A stretch of 64,000 bases of DNA. It comes from Octopus sinensis. Its lineage: Eukaryota. The DNA lies in assembly GCF_006345805.1 (NCBI RefSeq), contig NC_043015.1, positions 7,564,001 through 7,628,000 on the forward strand. Direction: 5' to 3'. A program made the position numbers and the translations under genes. A model generated the notes under the pieces. It had not been told where the DNA came from, did no database searches, and worked only from the letters and a program-made list of their open reading frames with translations. Positions 39,828-51,829 of the stretch are shown here, piece after piece. Each line of letters begins with the position of its first letter. Position 1 is the first letter of the stretch.

Positions 39828-40329
39828 GGTTTAGATGAGTGATTAGATGTAATGTATACGCAGGAAGTGCATGTACATTTTGGTATCTGTATGCAGAAAT
39901 TTATCGGTATGTTTGTGTATTTTCCGCTTATATATCGTCGGTGTACATCTACTGAAGAGTGTAAAGCAATTTTTATTACAGAAAACGAAATCTTAACACA
40001 TCTTCTTGCCCATTCCTTCGCATTCAGCCTTGTGTCACAAGAATAGAAAAAAACTAGGAGTGGCTTGTAGGCATTTGACATCTACTTCTAGCGTATTGAC
40101 GTTGCACCCCCCAGTGCTCTTATTATGATTTTCATAATTATATGCTTAAAAATTCATTTTACCGATATGGTGGTTTTTACTCCGCAAAACACTGATATAA
40201 TCATTTGAATAATTATATCCTTTATTTATAAGACTGATTTGTACATGCATTTGTGTGAGTGTATACATATATATGTGTATACATATCACCTTTTTATCCT
40301 TTTCGTATTCTATCTCCCCTAACTACCTC

Positions 40330-40530
40330 TGTCCAGTCAGCCGACATGATTGACCTCTAGCACCAAAAGATTTTGTATTCTCTCTCTGTTTATTTCCTCT
40401 TGTTCCTTTCTGTTGATGAGCGTAGGCTCGAAACATAAATGATTTTCTCACCTTTCCGAGCGTTAAATTAATACACCTGTTTGTTGTTTATACAACTGTC
40501 TTCGCCTTTTGTATTTCTGTAAATTTCAAC
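40330..40530 (+). mobile_element. Penelope-like element 3' terminus (pseudo-LTR remnant)
   Basis: CTGTTGATGAGCGTAGGCTCGAAAC fits the CTGANGA-stem-CGAAAC signature of PLE termini and is followed by a pyrimidine-rich tail ending in (TA)n. Confidence 0.5.
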
Positions 40531-40563
<33 letters not shown>

Positions 40564-41213
40564 TATATATATATACACATACACGCATACAGATGTGTGT
40601 GCATGTTTCGGTCAATACACACACACACACACACGCCTGAGCGAGCAGACACATACACAGAAAAGGCATGTGTAGCCTCTTCTACATATGACTGCATTTT
40701 CATTGAGATAAGCAGCAAAACACTCTCCCACTAGACTGATTCCTCACATAACATAATAAACAAATCAGTAAAGGAGATAAATGTACATTCATGTGGATAT
40801 TTCACTAATGACGTTAATTCAGTATGTGTTGGCTTTCTCGATCTGGAAATGCGCACGTGGTTGTAAATTAACGCTGGCATTTGGCGAAGAACACGTATAA
40901 TCCATATTGGCCAACCTTAATTAAGTATGGTAAATTATATTGAAATTTTAGCTTCATCCTCTGTTTTCCCATAATTTGCACACCGATTTCTGAATAGCAA
41001 TAATTATAGAAATTCTTTCAGATTTAAGCACATGTTTAATTATTAAAGTGAAAAATTCCGGCTTATTTCACGAAAATTTAGATTTTATCACACCTCAAGT
41101 AACGTAAATCGAAACACTGTTTTACTAGAATTTCAACACTCAATTTAACATTACTAATGTGAATAAGATTCAGGAGCTTTTTGGAATAAAATTTTGAATT
41201 ATGGTGACCTTAA

Positions 41214-41374
41214 CCATTTAGCGTTCAGATTATTCTGTCAAAGACAATGCTCGTTCATTCACATTATTTTTAATCAACCCTACATTATCTCGAGTCTTCA
41301 AGATGATTATTTTCAGAATAACATTGCTGGGTAAGTATGAAAGGCCAGATATGGTCCGTTTGAATGTTAAAGGG
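41214..41374. mobile_element. piggyBac-type MITE
   Basis: TTAA at 41210-41213; imperfect TIRs CCATTTAGCGTTCAG / CCCTTTAACATTCAA; right target site decayed (TAAT). Confidence 0.55.
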
Positions 41375-41465
41375 TAATCTTCAACTATTTGTTGATTTAT
41401 TGACACGACATGGGATGTCGTGGGTTGCAGCTAATCATATATATATATATATATATGTGTGTATA

Positions 41466-41645
41466 CAGTGGGGGGAAATAAATATTCGTACATGTCAAAA
41501 TTCTTTATTTAACTTCTAATATACATAAATGGGATATACCAATACTGTATTTGCATACACATGTATGAATTAAGAATATGCAAAAGAAACTAATAAATTA
41601 TAGTAACTAAGGAATTTTGACATGTACGAATATTATTTCCCCCCA

Positions 41646-41648
<3 letters not shown>
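41466..41648. mobile_element. Tc1-type MITE, 183 bp
   Basis: TA|CAGTGGGGGGAAATAAATATTCGTACATGTCAAAATTC ... GAATTTTGACATGTACGAATATTATTTCCCCCACTG|TA; near-perfect TIRs of about 38 bp, inserted in (TA)n. Confidence 0.92.
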
Positions 41649-41697
<49 letters not shown>

Positions 41698-43099
41698 GAT
41701 GGTGTGTGAGTGTATCTATGTAGCCTCCTATTCTAGAGTAGACCCGCTGATAATGCAATATGGACGTTGTAACACAATCACATACAGTTAGAATATATTT
41801 TATATTTTCTTATGACAAAAACTTAATTGGAAAACATTAATTCAAACGTTAAGTGGTGAATAGGAAGTGTAGTAAATGCCATATACAAAACTTAGCTCTT
41901 ATTTGATCGTGCAGATCTATGGGTAACAGAACTGCTACTCGTAATCAAACTGTCCTCAACTCATATAATGCTTATAGGACTACTACATTACTAAAGCGCT
42001 CTTCCAATTTGAAGACCTATCGATGCAGTTTGAGGGTGATTCCGATGCTATTTGGTTTCATGTGTTCTGAATCCCAATACTATCAAAATCAGTTTTTCTT
42101 TGACACTCGTGAAATATATCAATATTATAAAGTGATGGGTTGCCAGAACCTTTAAATCTGAAGAGATGAGTTGCAGGATCTATTTAGGAACCATGAGAGA
42201 TTGAACCTTTACTTAACGAATAAATGCTAAAAATTAGAATATTCAGTTTTACAACCCTCTCTCTCTATATATATATGACTGAGGACCGTGTGGTTCGGAA
42301 TCAGGCTTCTTTCCACACACCCACGCCTGTATATGTTTGTGTAGAAAATTGGTATACTTGATTTATTTGTCTCTGATAACGTCGGGCATAAAAGTAATCA
42401 TGTTATAAGATATTTAGATGCATACTTAATTTTCTCAGACAGTTATCAGACCCAGTTATATTGTTTTATTCACCTATCAATATAATTCTTGTGAAAAAAA
42501 TAAATTGGGGAATTTACCCTCGTGATTATTACGCCATCTTTTGGCGTATACTTAGTGTAAATTGTTTTATTAAGATGCTGTTACGATATCTCCAGCCTGA
42601 AATTCCGATAGCCAAAATATAATTAAAAATATAATCAAACTACTTAAAAATCACCGAATAAATCAATTTTGCTGACACCATTAAAATTGAATAATTAAAA
42701 ATAAGTTCTTTTAATTACTCGTTATCACTCGTGTTTTTCACATAAAAAAGATATATTGAAGAATTTTGTTCATGTCAAGTATATGTTTCATTTTGCTTTC
42801 AATTAAAAGTTCACAATTATTATTGTCTATAACTTTCTTAGCCATTGTAGCAACAATTTGAGCTGGAAGTGTATCAAACAGTTTATATCTGATCAAGCTG
42901 ATCTGTGAGTAACAGGGTTACTACACGTAATCAAATTGGTTTACTCATATAATGCGTATAAAGACTATATTAATGACTTTATAATGTAGATTTAGGACGA
43001 TTTCGATGCTATTCCACGAAGACATGCCCAACACACACAGAAGTTTTATTGGATCGTATTGATGACGATGCTAAATTTAGACAATAGGTTTGGGCTTGC

Positions 43100-43153
43100 A
43101 ATTATGTTGGTAATAAAACTTATTAACTAATAAGTTTAATTACCAACAAAATT
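43100..43153. repeat. Near-perfect palindrome (21-bp arms, 2-nt centre)
   Basis: TGTTGGTAATAAAACTTATTA-AC-TAATAAGTTTAATTACCAACA, one mismatch. Confidence 0.9.
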
Positions 43154-43985
43154 TGGAGTCGAATATTTCGGGCTTTGCATCTTGTCTTTGATTAAAAGAA
43201 AACAGAAATCATCGTGGTAAGCTTGAACACTAAACCAGGAACACTACCTCCTATGCTCTCAGATGAACATCACAATGAATATAATTTGTGAAATTATGGA
43301 ACTTTCTTATTTAGATAGATCTCACGCTGTTGTGTTTCCATTGGTTGAGTTAGAGAAATGTGTATAGCAGATTAAGGAACTAGCACAAAATTTAACCAAA
43401 CTTTATGTTTGGGGAAAAAACACTGTATATTCTCTATATTACGCTTTTGGCTCTATATTGGCTGTATTTCGAGTATGATATAAATGATTATTTAATGAAA
43501 CGTATACTCGATCCCATCGGCATTTATAAACTTTTAATATTGAGACATAGTATTGTAAGTTGGAAAATACTATTTCGATATTATTCCGTCTTTATATTCG
43601 AAAATCTTATTTCACCTGTCAGTTTTATCTGCTGAATACGGAAGGACATCGAAATTACAGTAGGAGAAATAGTATATTATTTAAAATTCTGACAGCTTTA
43701 TATATACTTTCCTGTAAATAAATACATTGCGTCTATTCAGTATTTCTATGTTATTTTTTCCCTAGGTTCTAAGACAGTCATATTTCTTTTCTACAAATAT
43801 ATCTGAGTATGAATGGCTATAGCAGAATATAATCCAAACCACCGAACGAAATTTATCAACTTGTATTCTATCAATATATGATTAAACAATTTTCTAAAAG
43901 TAATGTACACTTATAAGAAATAGATGAACAACAGCTTTAAAATAATAAGAAAAACAACAGCGGCAGCAGCAACAACAACGATAGT

Positions 43986-44284
43986 TCTTTGTTCCTTCTC
44001 GAGCCATGCCTAGCACATACGAGCCGGTTTCCTTGACGTATAGGTTCCCCACCTGGACGGGACGCCGGTCAGTCGCAGGTAAGCCTCAAGGTGCAGGAGG
44101 AAAGAGTGCGAGAAAATTGTGGCGAATGAATCAACAGAAGTTCGCCATTATCTTCTGCCGGATCCTCGTGGAACTTAGGTTTTTCGCTCATAAACACACA
44201 CACACGTCGCCCGGTCTGAGATTCGAACCCGCGATCCCTCGACTGCGAGTCCGCTGCTCTAACCACTAGGCCATGTGCCTCCAC
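43986..44284 (-). mobile_element. tRNA-derived SINE, family D, full length with target-site duplication
   Basis: Head GTGGAGGCACATGGCCTAGTGGTTAGAGC (A box)...GGGTTCGAATCTC (B box); flanked by AACAACGATAGT (43974-43985) and AACAACGACAGT (44285-44296). Confidence 0.9.
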
Positions 44285-44379
44285 AACAACGACAGTAATA
44301 ATTATATAGATATAACAATTTTATACAAGGGAAAACCTGATATAACAGCAATAGACAAGCGAAAATCTAAATATAACAA

Positions 44380-44765
44380 TGATAGAGAAGGTAACAAGGA
44401 TATGTTACTGATAAACCATCATTGCTATGTGATTCCAGGATAGTGAAGAAAGAAGGTGAATAGTTTTAAAAGTTCCATATTGCGAGAATTTGGAATATAA
44501 AAAACTGTGATAATCGGTTCATTAGGGCCTGCAAGTAACGATATAGGCAATGGTTGAAAGGGATGGTGATCTCATGTAGAATTCCTTCACAACGTTTGCC
44601 TCTTAGGAACAGGAAAGGTTACCAGAAGGTTTGAGAGAACTTGAAGGCTTACTGAAAGTATGTGAATACCTAAGGTTAGAGGAAGTAACTCGCCACTCAC
44701 GTGAATTTAACAGGTATAGACCTATCCTGAGTAAAGACTAATAATACTAATAATAATAATAATAA
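44380..44765 (+). mobile_element. 3' end of an R4/Dong-like non-LTR retrotransposon (restriction-like endonuclease region) with (TAA)n tail
   Basis: Frame-broken SRIVKKEGE..IARIW, VIIGSLG and CLLGTGKVTRRF* resemble the C-terminal motifs of REL-type elements; ends in TAATAATACTAATAATAAT. Confidence 0.65.
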
Positions 44766-44789
44766 AACCTTAATACATTACCAAATTGT

Positions 44790-45180
44790 GGCTCTGATGG
44801 CTTCTGACCTTAATTGATAGGAGGTGTACCAGACATGTATTGTCTTGGTGTAAAAAGTTGGGCTACAGCAAATATTCAGCTCAATACCACGGATTTGCCT
44901 GTCAGTTGCTTAACCAGAACCAGAACCAGTTGAGCACGTCCTTTAGTGGCTGATAATATGTGCATTTCTGATCACAAGCAGAAGTAGTTGGGGGTGCATC
45001 ATAGACATGTGCCAAGATGAATTATTTGAGTTTGAATACTTCACCTCTAGGAACTTGGGTATTTCGTTCATCATGCTAAATGAACCCAAGGATCTTTTGA
45101 GAAGGATGGCCTACTTAACCTGAAGGAAAATTCTAACTGAGCCCCCACCTGCAAGGTCACGTGCCGTTTATCTTTATAGA
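44790..45180. mobile_element. Probable interspersed-repeat fragment (unclassified)
   Basis: GC-richer block recalled as a common octopus repeat; no second copy in this window to confirm. Confidence 0.3.
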
Positions 45181-45326
45181 AATTCACTATGTCATGCGTA
45201 TATATAGTTGTTAAGCATGTAATTAGTGTAGTCTTATCAGACGGGTAATCCTGATGGATATATTAGGCTTCGTAAATTTGTACCCCAGCGTCAATTTGAA
45301 TGCATGCTCTGCTTTCTCCCTCAATA

Positions 45327-45526
45327 CTGCTACTACTACTAATTCTGCTGCTGCCACTTCTACTACTATTAATACTTTTACTTCTTCTACTACCACTACT
45401 ACCACTACTACTACTACTACTACTACCACTACTACTACTACCACCACTACTACTACCACCACTACCACCACTACTACTACCACCACTACCACCACCACCA
45501 CTACCACCACCACCACCACTACTACT
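45327..45526. repeat. (ACT/ACC)n trinucleotide array
   Basis: Direct reading; poly-Thr/Val/Ser-Gly/Leu-Pro ORFs. Confidence 0.95.
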
Positions 45527-46039
45527 CATGTGCTGCGAAAGGTGTTATGTCTCTCAGTTATGTGGAAGAGCCGAGGCATATAAAGGGGTCATCTACTGAA
45601 ACATTACAAACAAAACCTTCGATAAACTTTTAACGACGATATAGGACTTTGGGAGGATTGGTAGCTACAAAACCAATTATAGACCAAGTTCCAGTAATAA
45701 AGCGGTAAAGAAAACTGAAAGAAAATAAATTTAGGCAGTAATCCAGCATGGCCGCACTGCTACGACTGAAGCCATTAAAATAAAAGGTTACCTCTTCAAA
45801 AGTAACCTTGATGATGAGACAGAAAAAACAGCAAAAAATTGTTTAAGCAATACATTTAATTTCAACAGATAGAAACAAGACTACAGCCAGGCTAAAACTA
45901 TGTTGCAGGACTTGTGATCACAAAGACAGTGATCCAAACAAGGGTATCAAAACCCAAGGTAATATTATGAAAAAGGAATATGCAGAAAAAGAAGATAAGA
46001 GAAATGATCAGTCAATCCTTAGTAAATTTATGATCAAAC

Positions 46040-46670
46040 AACATAGCTAAACAACGGGGGGAAAAAAGGAGCAACATTGCAGATACATAAATACACATAA
46101 GGTGAAACTGAATTACTTGAAAGCATAAAATAAGAAATCCTTTCTAAAACCATCGGCTTGGAAAAACGGTAATGATTCCTAGAGAAAAACAAACATTTTA
46201 ACTGAAGCCCAAAATAATTCGACCATGAAATTGGTACAGATAAAATAGAAGTTGGTATAGCAACAATAGCAACAGTAGAAGAATTAGGGGGGGGATGTAT
46301 TGACGGCGAAGAAATCACTCGAGATAAAATTAAACAAAATAGCAAATAGCAAATATAACATCTACGCAAATATGAAACCTAATAGCAAATAACCTAATTG
46401 CAAATTACAAACTTCGACACCCATACCAAAAGAAGAATTAGCCTACATATTCAAAAGACCAACTGCTAGAAGCCCGTGTAGTGTTTAAAATATTTAACAT
46501 AAGGAGCTTTTAACAATATCCTAAGAAAACCAGATCCAACAAATGAGTATTCCACTAAAGGAGAAAACCATATTAATTTCCAAAACGACAGATGCTACAG
46601 CCCAACAAAACTACAAAACGTAAAATGTCTCTCTCCATTTTATAAACCTTGATGTAATATTATCGCTAAG
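46040..46670 (+). mobile_element. R4/Dong-like LINE fragment (region N-terminal to and start of RT)
   Basis: PIPKEELAYIFK..RSP, FNNILRKPD, TILISKTTDATAQQNYK and KCLSPFYK resemble IT.EEV..K.PG.D / T.LIPK....P.NYRPITCL...YK; A-rich sense strand. Confidence 0.6.
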
Positions 46671-47972
46671 AGAGAAGAGATGAGAGGACAAAATAGCCCG
46701 TTTCGGGAAGAATAGAGCGGATGCTGTAAAGTTTTATATGGCTGTAAATATTAGTTATTGATCAGCAAAGCCATATGTGAAGACTACTGAAAGAAAGAGA
46801 ATCCCAATAATTGCTTCTTTATTTATGATAAACACATCATGCCGCTAAATACAACGCTCAGAATATAACTCTGCGCAGAACAATTTCAATATTTTCAGTA
46901 TTGCCCCTTATACCAATCACAACACTTGCCCAAGCAACATAGAGCTACGCTCGGTAGCGAGTGAAATCTTGTAATAAAAACGTCTTATTATAACATTAAA
47001 ACTTATAATAAAATCTTTGAACTTAAAATATTTCATGAAGTTCTAAAATTATGCAGAATGATAATCCACATAGATATAGAGTATAATTCTTTTCTTGCCA
47101 GTGGCATAATTTAAATATATAGATTTAAATCTTATTTGAAGACTACATCCTTTTCAGACTTGTACCTATTTCTGACAAACATAAATCATTTCTAGTGACA
47201 GATATCTGCATCTATGCTAAAAGAAGTTTCTTCTCATTCAAGAAGAAATCATTTCACTAATACTTTTTTAAATACAAATAAACCCATTTATAAATTTAGA
47301 AAAAGCGTTCGTATTTGAATAGAAACGTGAGGAAAATAATTCCTTTTTACATCTATTTCATTTCCTTTTCTTTTACTTGTTTTTCCTTGATTATCGCTAC
47401 CTTGCTTTTCTTCCACATAAATTTCTAAACGATCGAATCAATAACGGGATATGATTGGTAATATTTCTATATAACTAAAAGGAATAAAATTTCAATATAT
47501 TAAATATATATGGTCCATCATACTGGTGCAGGATTGGCTACGTAGTTACATTGTTTGGATCGCAGCTGTGTTATTTCAGATTGAACCCCACAACCATCGC
47601 TTCATCGGACATTGTTTCTTTTGTAATCTTGTGCATGAATTCCAGTAGATCGAAACAGAATGACAGTCTTTCGGATGGATTTCATCAGTTTATGTATATT
47701 AGAGCCGATTCCTCACATTTTCAATCAAACAGTCTGAATCTTTTGTAATAATTTCATTTCGCTGCTATTAGGATTTTTTCTTTGGTTATTCATAACTTCC
47801 AGGGTAATTATAAAAATCTCAAAATCTGCGGCCGTGTACATTAATTTGTAAATCATTTCACTGTTTTCATTCTCTGCTCTGTTTCAGGTCTGCTGTATAT
47901 TTAGGCTCTACCTAAAAATAATTTTCTTTTAAAGAATCGTCTAAATCCGCCTAATGTAATAGGTAATAAATT

Positions 47973-48040
47973 TAAGGCGGCGATCTGTGAAGATATTTAG
48001 CACACCGGGCATGATGCTTACCGGCATTTCGTCCATATTT
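47973..48040 (+). mobile_element. Family B SINE head only
   Basis: TAAGGCGGCGATCTGTGAAGATATTTAGCACACCGGGC...GGCATTTCGTCC. Confidence 0.6.
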
Positions 48041-48580
48041 ACTAATATGTAATTCACATACACTATGGCATGATATAACCTGAGAAACAACTATTTGCTA
48101 TTTCTAGGATTTAGAACGGGTGCTTAGTTGTTGCATGTTCGTGTAGAATATTAAGTCATTGAAAATGATGCCCCCACATGAAAAGAAGTCATGAATCAGT
48201 GACAGTTTATTGTATGGAACACTGTTTTTATTCGATAAGTTCTGCTATGAAGATTGGATGTTTCTGTGTTTGTTCCGTGGTAGATAAACAGCAAAATCAC
48301 TCTACCACTTGTATTCCTCGCGAAGAAATATTGCTTCAAGTTCTGGTGAACACGTCATAACACAAACAATAAAGACCACAGAAAAAATCTATAAAAACGA
48401 CCCTGTTGAGACAGACTGACTCCCTTCTGTTATAAGTAATTTGATGGAAGCAAACTCGAACTATTACCCGAAACGAAATGAGAGATGAAGATGATAAGTG
48501 AAATACATATAGAGAAATACGAAATTGAAAAAAAAGAAAAAGATTCTATCAAGATTTCTGATCTCTGAAAACTGTTTTAG

Positions 48581-48655
48581 ATCGAAGGAAGCCATGGTTA
48601 GTGTGTCTTTTACAGACCGCTGCACAAAGGATAATTGAAACAGATTGCCGGAGAG
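48581..48655 (+). CDS. Candidate 75-nt symmetric exon ((D)RRKPWLVCLLQTAAQRIIETDCRR(G))
   Basis: Acceptor CTGTTTTAG, donor GAG|GTATGA, phase 1-1, open frame. No homology recognised. Confidence 0.15.
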
Positions 48656-49292
48656 GTATGAAGCGGTAAAACTTTGAAATGTGCTTGAATGGAGACTGCT
48701 TTGCACTGGTTCGTTGACTAGATTTTACGCATTAATTTTGGCTTCGTGTCTCAAAAAAATCTAATAAACTTCGTAATTATTGTTTCATAAAGTAATTTCG
48801 TATCCTCTACAAATATGATTATTAAGTTAAAATTTACTATTATTGCATACATGTTACTGAACATATATCTTCCGAGATAATTATATAGCTGTATCTTTTT
48901 TGATGTTAATGCATCTTAAAGGTAGTATATCAATAGTATTTCTCCTGGGATGTGTGATTATATATGCTCCCAATCACATGGTTTCGGGTTCTATTCTATT
49001 GCAGCTTCTTTCTGGTGAAAGTCTTCAACCATGCATTTGTTTCAGTAAAGTTTTGAAAGTTCAACACTGGAAGTAAATTATGTAAAGTTATTGTGCAGAG
49101 ATGTCTATTGTGTGAGTATTATTTCCACGTTTTTTAAATGTAATCAGCTATTTATAAAAGTAACACACACACACACATTCCTTATGTAAAAAGTTGCTAA
49201 ACATCACTAAAACTGTTATTTAGAGATTCATGTTCTCGTTGGTCGGACAGTTGTATGTATGTGTGTACATATCTGTTGTGTGTGTCTTAGTG

Positions 49293-49334
<42 letters not shown>

Positions 49335-51167
49335 TTGTACAGTGTTGGAAAGGCTCATAATTTTATGCAATTATATAAAATTTGCCTCCACAATAAATAG
49401 TTCATCTTACCAAATAATAGTTTGCATTGGTCAAAAGTGCGAGAGACGTTGCTAGTGTTCTGTTGTATTGCATTGTATAAGTAAATGTTTATTCCGCATA
49501 ATTTCTCTTCCCCTTGATACATAACAATATGATTACATTATCTTATTACATCTAAGTTCACTTTGGATGTATAATACTGTAACATAGAAATTGACAATTA
49601 AGTTTGTGCTAGCTCTGAAAATATAACCCTATCAATTGTATATTGTTCTGAAGTTTAACAAATACAACGATCTCTTCTATACTGGATAGGAAGTCTAACA
49701 TCCATATTATTTATATCGGTCTATAATATCTAAAATTTTACATTTATAAATTCAATACACTCATAAACATATGGAAAGAGACGTATTACGCTATGCTTTA
49801 CACGACATCAATGCCAAAGTTACAGCATATTATGTAATACACAAATAGTATTAGACATTAAGAATAAGGAAGCGCTTATCCAAATATCATCTAAATATTT
49901 AAAACTCAGTATTCAAAATGAGTGATATTCAATGATAGGATCATTAATAAATTGGAAACATGATATAACGAAGATTACATAAATTCTTCGAGGATGTATT
50001 TCTCGAGCACATAATCATGTCCCGCAGCATTGTACCAGAAAGTTAGAAAATAATACTTCCTTATCGTACTAGAACTTTACAGATATTCGTCAGATGTTAT
50101 TTCCTAATATTTGATTTCAAATGAACACAATCAATTGTCGCCCTTCTGTGAGTTAAAAAATAAATGTTTTGAAATTTTAAATCTTAAACCATATTTGAAT
50201 CTAATGTGCTCAAAGAATTATGGTCTATACTCAGGATGTATCATCATATATTGCGCAATAAGTATTCATATAATTGACATGCCAATCATGCCTATGTAAG
50301 GTTTGAATAAATTATATAGTGATTATGCAACATCATGCATGAAAACAGTTTTCCTAATGAAAGGTATTATGGTTGTGAATCTATTGCAAGGTTTAGAAGG
50401 CCATTTTATAAATATGATTACAATAAAAATTTACAGTCTTTAAAAATAGTATTGAAATTAGTATTACGCTAAAGAAACACTGTACTAACCAGCCTTTCGA
50501 ATACCAGTTTGGAATTAGTTGAAAGGAGACAGGGATCAAACACAATCAGTGATTTTCTCACATGCGTGGTTTAAATGAAAATACATTGTGGTTTGAAGAA
50601 ATTAAGGTAATAGTTGACAAGGACAACCAAGAATATACTGGCTTATTCAAATAGATAAATGCAGTGGGAAATGAAGAATGCAAATGCATAAAAAATCTAA
50701 AAGCCTGAAGGACAGTAAAATATCTAAAAATGTATGTTAAATGCTACGGGGTGTATATTCAGTTCAATAATTTTGCCTATGCTGTAAACGTATGTGAATA
50801 AGCTACACGCTGGCATCATACTTGATATTAAAATACAGAATCTGCAATATTCATAAAATATTCATTAGATAATATCTCGGATCGGTTCGATGCCACAAGC
50901 TATTTGTATTGAAGTGCAGCGTAAATAACCATCGCCGTGCACCGTGCACATATACTGAGAAGAAATGCAATTCTAATGAAACATCTACCTCAGTTCCTGA
51001 AGAAAATAGTGTGTACTTAATTTCACTGAGAGTAAGGCTTCTGCATTTAAGTCAGTATATCCTATTTGTATATAAACCACGTATTCGAAAAAACATATTG
51101 AAAAAGTATTCCACTACAGAGTCCTAATTTTAACTTGTTTATTAGGAATCATATATATATATATATA

Positions 51168-51793
51168 TAAATAAGGATAAGATGTTTATTTAAATACCGA
51201 TCTTATCAGGTGTCCAGCATGGGAATAAAAACCTTGAAAGGGAACAATTATTATTAAAATTATAATTTAGGTTATCTAAGAGATACCATCACGCTGGAAA
51301 TAGCATCCAAAACTTGATTCTAAAACCACATTAAATGTTCATATTGCACCAGGAGAGAAGACAAAGAGACAAAATAAACTAGCAAAAAATTACTGGATAA
51401 TTCGAGATCCCGGATTTCTGACTCTGCATAAGAGATGGTCTGAATTCATCAGTGGAATATACTCAGATAGCACATAAATATATATATACAACATACAAAG
51501 ACTTACATATACGAACGTATACATACATGTACATGCACGTGTGCAGACGACCAGTATAATTTGCCCGCCTAAAACTCCTCGTGCGATATTGTCAAAATAC
51601 CACCGCAGTGATTATGATGACGAAATAAATATATAAATTTAAATAAATAAGGATAAGATCGTTATTTGAATATCGATCTTATCAGGTGGCCAGTATGGGA
51701 ACCTTTTGCTAGTATATATTGTCTCTTTGTCTTCCCTTCTGGTGGTGTATGAACATTTAATGTGGTTTTAGACGAAAGATTTGGCTGCTCTTT

Positions 51794-51796
<3 letters not shown>
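51168..51796. repeat. Composite repeat: 57-bp direct repeat plus about 92-bp inverted repeat
   Basis: 51168-51225 is repeated directly at 51645-51701; 51295-51387 is the reverse complement of 51704-51796. Confidence 0.85.

Positions 51797-51829
<33 letters not shown>

Noticed and set aside
41229-41330. Apparent 102-nt open exon with a consensus GG|GTAAGT donor
   Set aside because: It lies wholly inside the piggyBac-type MITE, so the splice-like signals are transposon sequence.
44200-44284. tRNA-like sequence with good A and B boxes
   Set aside because: The acceptor stem does not pair, and the sequence continues into a SINE body with target-site duplication; it is a SINE head, not a tRNA gene.
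47662-47688. Minus-strand CTGATGA...GAAA...GTC hammerhead-like text
   Set aside because: Helix II cannot pair, and helices I and III do not fit the core geometry.
51415-51452. Minus-strand CTGATGA box with a downstream GAAA
   Set aside because: The GAAA is consumed in an alternative stem and no cleavage triplet or helix III is present.
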